DNA of 64,000 nt, taken from contig OZ024741.1 in the NCBI GenBank assembly GCA_964016885.1, positions 324,942,001 through 325,006,000 of the forward strand, given 5' to 3'. Numbering within the stretch: position 1 is the stretch's first letter; every line of letters begins with the position of its first letter. This document shows, in pieces, positions 57,110 through 64,000 of the stretch. The notes under the pieces were generated by a model that ran no database searches, was not told where the DNA came from, and saw nothing but the letters and a program-made list of their open reading frames with translations. The stretch is from Eledone cirrhosa (taxonomy: Eukaryota). The position numbers were made by a program, and so were the translations under genes.

Positions 57110-58490
57110 ATATTAAGAGCAATCATTTGAATTCACAAGATGGTTGTCCAAATCTATCAATAATTACTTCAGCATCCAATTCATCTAACAATTCCTTCTC
57201 AATGGATAGCAACATGTATGATTCCAAGTTCTCCTCAGACAGAGAATTTCTTAACCTTGTCTTTATGATCTTTAGCTTTTAAAATGTTCTCTCACGTTGA
57301 ACTTGGGTAACTAATAGTATGCAGATAACTTTATAAAGTTCATAAAGATTATCATATGCCTTGTCATGAAGTCCGTTGAATGTCAGCACTTTTAGTACAC
57401 TTGATGGGAAAGTGGTGCAGATTTTACAGTTGTTGCAAATGGAAGCCGTATTCTCACCATCATTAAGCAATAGCTTTAATACATCAAAGTTTGAAGCAAA
57501 AGAACACAATTCCAATTTTACTTGATCTTCGCTGATTTGTGGAAACAACTTAATATCATCTTATGCTTCAACTTCAAGGCTCTTCTCTGCAATAGTTTTA
57601 AACTTTGCTAGGTCCAAGCAGGAAAAATCTTTATACAACTGTTTGTGTTATACAAAGTGTGATTCTAGTGACTAGATAAGGCGATCCATTATTAGGTTAA
57701 AGACATTCACTCGAAAATCAGCTAGAGAATCTGAGGAATTATTTCCTTCAACATTAACAAGCTCATCTGCCATTCTTTTTTTCTTCCGCTGTCTTTTAAC
57801 TGTTTCCAAAGTATCAATTTCCAATATTTGATTTTCATCCATATTCATCTGTGAAATCTTGTCATTACATTTATTTACAAATTCTAAAGTCTTGCTATGA
57901 ACGTTATCACATGTTCTTGTCTGTGCCTTCAACTTTGTTGTAGCTTAACGTACCAAACTCCATGCAGTAAACATATCTAAACCACTTATTTGTAGATAAC
58001 TTGATAACGGGGCTGTGGTTTCAAATATATACAAGTAAATGCTGTCAATATGGTTTTAAACTTAAGAAGTCTTTGAAGTCAAATATTTGTTTCATATTTT
58101 GTTTTTGCATCAAACTTGTCTGAATCTTGTACCATTGATAAGCATGACTTGCATTGGATTGGATTTTCCTGACCATCTGGTCTCACCAATAAGTTTTAAT
58201 TGTTTCATTTTTTTTTCTTGTCTTAGATGTTTGCCAACAACTTCTATCCATACAGCCATTCTCTTGTATGATGACTTTACAAAAGTTGCTAAATTCCTGA
58301 GCTAATTGAAAAAAGAAACTACAGGTACACAAAATTTTTTTGTTTCAGTTATCACCAAATTCAAGACATGGGCATAACACCATATATGAAGATGTTGATC
58401 TGCTACGTCAGCGATTTTACTTTGTAAACCATTATACTGCCCATGGTAGCTTGCAGCACCATTTGTGCTATCAGATAAACAATTTCTGGG
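57110..58490 (-). pseudogene. Decayed hAT transposase (ZMYM1/Tip100-like)
   Basis: NGAASYHGQYNGLQSKI, HIWCYAHVLNLVI, IGETRWS, VTQVQRERTF*KLKIIKTRLRNSLSEENL (hATC dimerisation region); several stops and frameshifts. Confidence 0.85.
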
Positions 58491-59013
58491 GTCAATTTGT
58501 CCATGCTGGTAGGAGTAGTATTCCTGATATTCAAGGTTAAAACTTAATACCACACATTGGGAAAAATGAACATACACTATATTTCAATATGTAATTACTA
58601 ATAATAATATTTTAGTTACTGTTTAACCATGCAGGTTGAATAGTTGATATAAATTTAACCAGACAAATAGTATTATTCACCCTCACAGCCTTATATTATC
58701 ATTTGTTATGCAAGTGATATCAAAACAACAAAATTTCGAACATTGTCTCCTTCCACTTTTTTCTTCAAGAATCGCTTGACTACGAGCAATTATTCTTCAA
58801 ACCAAATATTTTAACTCTTTGGTGTCTGCATTATTCCTGCTCTATATATCTTTGATATCTGCATTTGTAGGTAAAAAGTGAAAATCTGATTTTTCCATAG
58901 AAAAAGCAGATAGGTAAGAAGTACTTACATAACCATAGTGCCGTGAGGCGGGGTGGGGTAGGGGTAGGGTGGGATGGAGGTGGAGGGGATATTTTGTCGA
59001 GTGGGGGTTTTTT

Positions 59014-59325
59014 TTAATTATTTTTTTGACCATCTGGCATCAACACTGGCTTAAGATATTTGAAAGTTGCAAAGATTTTGTGCATGCAATTCGGGCAGTG
59101 TTCAGAGAGTTTATTCAGTATCGGGCCCTTGGCAAATAGTATTTTGTAGCTCTCTGAAATAGAAAGGCCGCAGCACTTGTGTCCTCCCTTGTATGAGCGC
59201 GCTTTCTGGAGTAGTTTCCGTTTAAGCGTGAAAGGAGAGGAGTTCCTCTTGAGGTCCCAGACATAGGAGGCGAGTGTTGTCTGATTTGATTTGTCTGGTC
59301 TTAGAAACTTTTCTATATTAAACAT
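59014..59325 (-). pseudogene. Penelope-like GIY-YIG C-terminal fragment
   Basis: NQTTLASYVWDLK, KARSY, ESYKIL, ILNK, CMHK align with the same region of the other two PLE ORFs. Confidence 0.75.
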
Positions 59326-59364
59326 TTATACTTACTGTGGTTACCCCCGATTGAAACGGGATAA

Positions 59365-59410
<46 letters not shown>

Positions 59411-59677
59411 CACATACACATACATGAGTTGCTGAAGCATGGAACAAACTACCTGCATCAGTTGTTAATTGTGGAGACACTGCATCCTTTAAAACTTCCA
59501 TGCTTCCGGAAATTCGCCAACACTGCATCTGATATTCCCCCTCCATACACACGCACACGTGTATTTCATGACTCATACACTGTTCATTTTCCTGACACTT
59601 GTACATTATTCTATGTACTATACATGCACCTTTGGTGAGTTGTAGTGCACCTGAGCACTGTACACAATGATTTCATT

Positions 59678-59709
<32 letters not shown>

Positions 59710-59825
59710 TATTTATTTATTTATTTAGGTTTGTTGGTTCACCACTGGATAGAACTGGCCATTCCTTTTAAGGAATTACACCAGTCCAGCCTCTTGTTAT
59801 TTTATAATATATATATATATATATA

Positions 59826-60056
59826 ACAAAGGAATTGTGGTAAGGAACCAGATGAACCATAACGCACCAGAGTACTCAATACTTAGGGTAGTAGAGTGGG
59901 AAATAGGAAAAAGTATGACCCCGACGGCAGAGGTCAAGTCGTTTCGACGGCTATTTCTGGACTAAATTAGAATTTTACTAAAAAAAATTTTAATTTAGTC
60001 CAGAAATAGCCGTCGAAACGGCTTGAGCTCTGCCCTCGGGGTCATACTTTTTCCTA
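59826..60056. mobile_element. Second copy of the 50130 fold-back family
   Basis: Same tail, ~65-bp arms and a short AT-rich spacer. Confidence 0.65.
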
Positions 60057-60275
60057 TATATATATATATACAAACACACATACACAAACAAACATACACA
60101 TACACATACAAACACACATGCACATACAAACATGTACAGACAGACCGAGAAACAGGCGCGCGCGCAGGTTATCACAAATACCTGTCCTATAAAGAATGTT
60201 GTCACAACGTCCGTGACATATTATGTTGGGATATATTTGAGTAGGTCTGTACACACACACATAGACACACACAGA

Positions 60276-60333
<58 letters not shown>

Positions 60334-60509
60334 CACAAACATACATATACACAGATACATACATACATGCATACAAACAAACATACATTCATACAAACAT
60401 ACATACATTCATACATACATTCATACATACATACATTCATACATACATTCATACATACATACTTACATACATACATACATTCATACATACATACATTCAT
60501 ACATACATA

Positions 60510-61099
60510 CATGGTGGCTGCCAACTCGTTTTAGAGTACGGCCACTACTTCATATCCATGTAGGAGAACCCCTACCGATGCGCTGAATGAGTGTGACTTT
60601 TTAGTCCAGCCAGCGACTTGAAAACTCTGGTACAAACACTACACTTGTGACAATTATTGACACATAGTGCTGGTCCCATGGTACCATGTGACAAGTGCAG
60701 AGAGATCTCCAGATATAAAGCAATGCCTGTGCCGTGAAGCTTTTATAGTGAGCAAAGGCACTGCACAAAGCCAGTCCCACTCTCTTAACCAAGATGATAT
60801 TTACCAAAAAGAAGAACAAGTCAACATCATTGGATACCATCAGGGTTGCAGGTGTTATATCAGAGTTTTCCTTCCTAGAATTCTGCCTTGACAAAGGCTA
60901 AGGGGTCATCTCTCTCGGTGATTTTGGATGGCCATTGACTCTTAAGAGCTCCTTTGCCCTTTAACAGGTTTTGTTTTTAGTCCTGCAGGATGTCCAAAGT
61001 CACCCTCCTCACCAAGAAACCTTGGTGGGGTTGCCAGTTTAGTCGCCAACGACCCGACCATGAGACAGGTTGTACTGGGATACATGTTACCAGTAGCAC
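60510..61099 (-). mobile_element. Longest copy of RTE-derived short internally deleted element, family B
   Basis: RTE-like 5' UTR (ctagga(g)aaggaaaactctg), zinc-finger codon remnant, 3' end ggccgtact(c)(g)aaaacgagttggcagccacc(atgt)n. Confidence 0.85.
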
Positions 61100-61538
61100 A
61101 TACATACATACACGCATACAAACATACATTCATACATACATACATTCATACATACATACATACATACATTCATACATAAATACATACATACATACATTCA
61201 TACATACATACATATATGCATACATACTTACATACATATATTCATACATACATACATACATTCATACATGCATACATACATACAAGCATACATACATACA
61301 TACATACAAGCATACATACATACATACATACATACATACATACATACATACATACATACATACATACATACATACATACATACATACATAGTCCACCCTG
61401 ACTCTACCTTTAGATTTGTATCCGTGATCTATGGGGCACTTTGAAATGTTACTAACTACCTCATCACAAATCATCAAATTCTAGGGCTTCACACAACTAG
61501 CACAGTTAGTTTGGAAATTGCGAGTACAGTCCATTAAA

Positions 61539-61729
61539 GGGCGGTGTATTGGCAGTATCGGTAGAGGGTCGGACGCCATGCTTTGATGCATAGAGTTACG
61601 GCCTTTGCCATTCTGAGTTCAAATCCCGCCGAGGTTAACTTTGCCTTTCATCCTTACGGGGTCGATAAAATAAAGTACCAGTAATACACTGGGTGGTTGC
61701 TGGCCTTGTGCCAAACGTAGAAACAATTA
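61539..61729 (+). mobile_element. tRNA-derived SINE (dominant family; other copies at about 3408-3556, 3966-4175, 22919-23106, 23990-24169, 55955-56160 on +; 9458-9560, 27983-28135, 28510-28700, 31190-31340, 62340-62452 on -)
   Basis: A-box-like tggcagtatcggtag, B box gagttcaaatccc, shared core and 3' ggccttgtgcc..tagaaacaatta. Confidence 0.85.
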
Positions 61730-61810
61730 ATGGAACTGTAAAAGTATGTAAAACATTCCTGAAATTTAGCTTGTAATAACTGCATGAACACATGTCTATA
61801 AACATATAGG

Positions 61811-62097
61811 CAGGGCCGGCGCTACAATATAGGCAAACTAGGCAGTCGCCTATGGCGCTGATTTCAGGGTTCGCATTTCTCCAAATCAAATCTTGAAAAA
61901 TAAATGAATAAATTTCAGTTTTATTGGGGGTCGTTTTTTAACCTGGTTTAGCTCATACAGGGAAAAATAAATGTTAAAAAAAATTTTTTTTTTAATAATT
62001 TATTGTTTATAAATTTTGAAATTGATATTTTTCTTGGGGAGGACGGCTCCAGAATCTAACCTTGCCTAGTGTGCCAGATAGTCTGTCGCTGTCCCTC
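61811..62097. mobile_element. hAT MITE
   Basis: TIR cagggccggcg / cgctgtccctc; 8-bp TSD catatagg/catataga. Confidence 0.75.
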
Positions 62098-62259
62098 CAT
62101 ATAGAAACATATGTATGTGCCCACAATAAAGTTAAAACATACAGATACACAAATACAGTAATATCCATTCCTGCACACACCCAAACATAAATAGACATAC
62201 ATAATTATCGAGTTCATGTCTAAATTCCAATGAAAGAGTTTTGTTTCTGTTAAAAACCG

Positions 62260-62292
<33 letters not shown>

Positions 62293-62515
62293 CCTATCTA
62301 TTTATCTCTCTATTGGTGAAAATGTTTTAAAATAAAATAATGGTTTCTGATTTAAGCACAAGGCCAAAATGTTTTAATCGACCTCAGTATGTTACTGGTA
62401 CTTTATTTTATCGACCCCGTAAGGATGAAAGGCAAAGCCAACATCGGCGGGATTGTTTTAAAATGTGTTTTAAAATAAATTTTTAAAATAACAAAACTTA
62501 AAAAATATACATACG

Positions 62516-62591
<76 letters not shown>

Positions 62592-62736
62592 CATATATAT
62601 ACACACACACGCGCACACATATATATATATATATATAATTTCCTATTTCTAAAGAAACACGGTATGTTTACAGGTAAACATACCGCGTTTCTTTATGCCT
62701 GAAGCTAAATCCTAATTTTATTCTCTATCTCTCTCT

Positions 62737-62854
<118 letters not shown>

Positions 62855-64000
62855 ATATTAAACTTAAACCAAAATCTCCTCAATTTGGGGGATATAAGTT
62901 AAACCGGCTAAAATTCACTCTCCCATTTTTTGTGACCCTAGAGCCCTTGTCCCTTCCATTCATTTTCCGTTTTTAAATAACTGTAGTGTTGTTGTTATTT
63001 GAAAGATTGTTTACGATTTTTTAAAATCATATTTAGCTGATAGATAAAAACAGAGAGAAGAAGGTTTACAAAATGCAGCCGAATGTTATACACAGATATT
63101 CTATACTAATTTCCTATATGCTGTAAGAAAGTCAAAGAGAAGATTAAAAAAATAAACATAACTTACCAATTCTGTAGTTATTCACTCACGCATGTATATA
63201 TATTTATATATATACACACATGCAAAAACATGTATAATATATATGTATATATATGTGTGTATGTGTATATGTATTAAATCAATATTATTTATCTATATGT
63301 ATATATCTTTATATATACAAATATAAATATATAAAAATATATATATAGATGTATATATATATATTATATCCCTTGGCGGTATATATAAAATAGTTAGACC
63401 AGTTGATAAACAATGTCAGACAATCTATCATCTGCCACTGTAATTATTGAAATGATGTTACCTGGTCATGTATGTGTGTATGTGGGATTATGTGAGTGTG
63501 TGATTATGTGTGTGTAATTTGCTGTTTGTGTGTGTGTGTATGATTTTGTATGTTTATGTATATGTGGCTCGTCATATATGACGTGTTAGTGTATGTCCGT
63601 ATGTGATTGTGTGCGTATATGTATGTGCGTGTGCCTGTAATTTAAATGTATGTATGTGTATGTGGTCACATTCATAGATATATATGTATGAGGGGGTGGT
63701 ATGTGTATGTGTGTGTATGTGTATTTGTGTGTATGTATGTAGTTATGTGTCTGTTAGTTTCTGTGTGTATGTGAGTGACGGGAGGGGGGAGAAGCTTAAC
63801 TTTTTTCTCTCTTTCCTTGTCCTTCCACTGCACTTCTCTCTCTACCCCCTCACTATTTCTCTCCTCGTCTCGTCCTCTCTCCCCCTTTTACTTTCTCTGC
63901 ATGATAATTCGTCCCTCCTACCTTTACCACAATAACCTGTCCACTTTTCTCCCTTCTCTCTCCTCTCACTTAGACTTGTCTCCCTCGCTCTCCTCATTTT

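Noticed and set aside
60667-60894. Recurrent ORFs ([17 protein letters not shown]..., MVSNDVDLFFF...) as a multigene family
   Set aside because: Translations of repeated family B element sequence with variable starts and stops

Overview
AT-rich, microsatellite-saturated animal DNA, most likely from an octopus or related coleoid cephalopod (inferred from the recurring tRNA-type SINE core 'gccgaggttaactttgcctttcatcc..ggggtcgataaaataaagtaccagt' and the repeat landscape). Almost everything recognisable is mobile DNA: (1) two near-identical RTE-clade LINEs tail-to-tail at about 31.5-36.0 kb (+, frameshifted) and 43.1-47.6 kb (-, intact 1181-aa APE-RT-3xC2H2 ORF); (2) at least three families of short internally deleted RTE derivatives that keep a covarying structured 5' RNA and the 3' end, stacked head-to-tail in (TATG)n tails; (3) Penelope-like (GIY-YIG) remnants and many tiny fold-back derivatives in (TA)n carrying at least six sequence types of minimal hammerhead ribozyme, one with a compensatory U3-A8 core; (4) a MAK16 retrocopy with a twin-priming-type 5' inversion that appears to come from an exon-skipped mRNA; (5) a decayed hAT transposase, hAT MITEs with 8-bp TSDs, Helitron-type elements, SINEs and minisatellites. 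One possible host coding exon lies at 7378-7734 (-). The many Ile/Tyr/Cys/Val-rich ORFs are microsatellite artefacts. All calls are by eye; no searches or folding programs were run.
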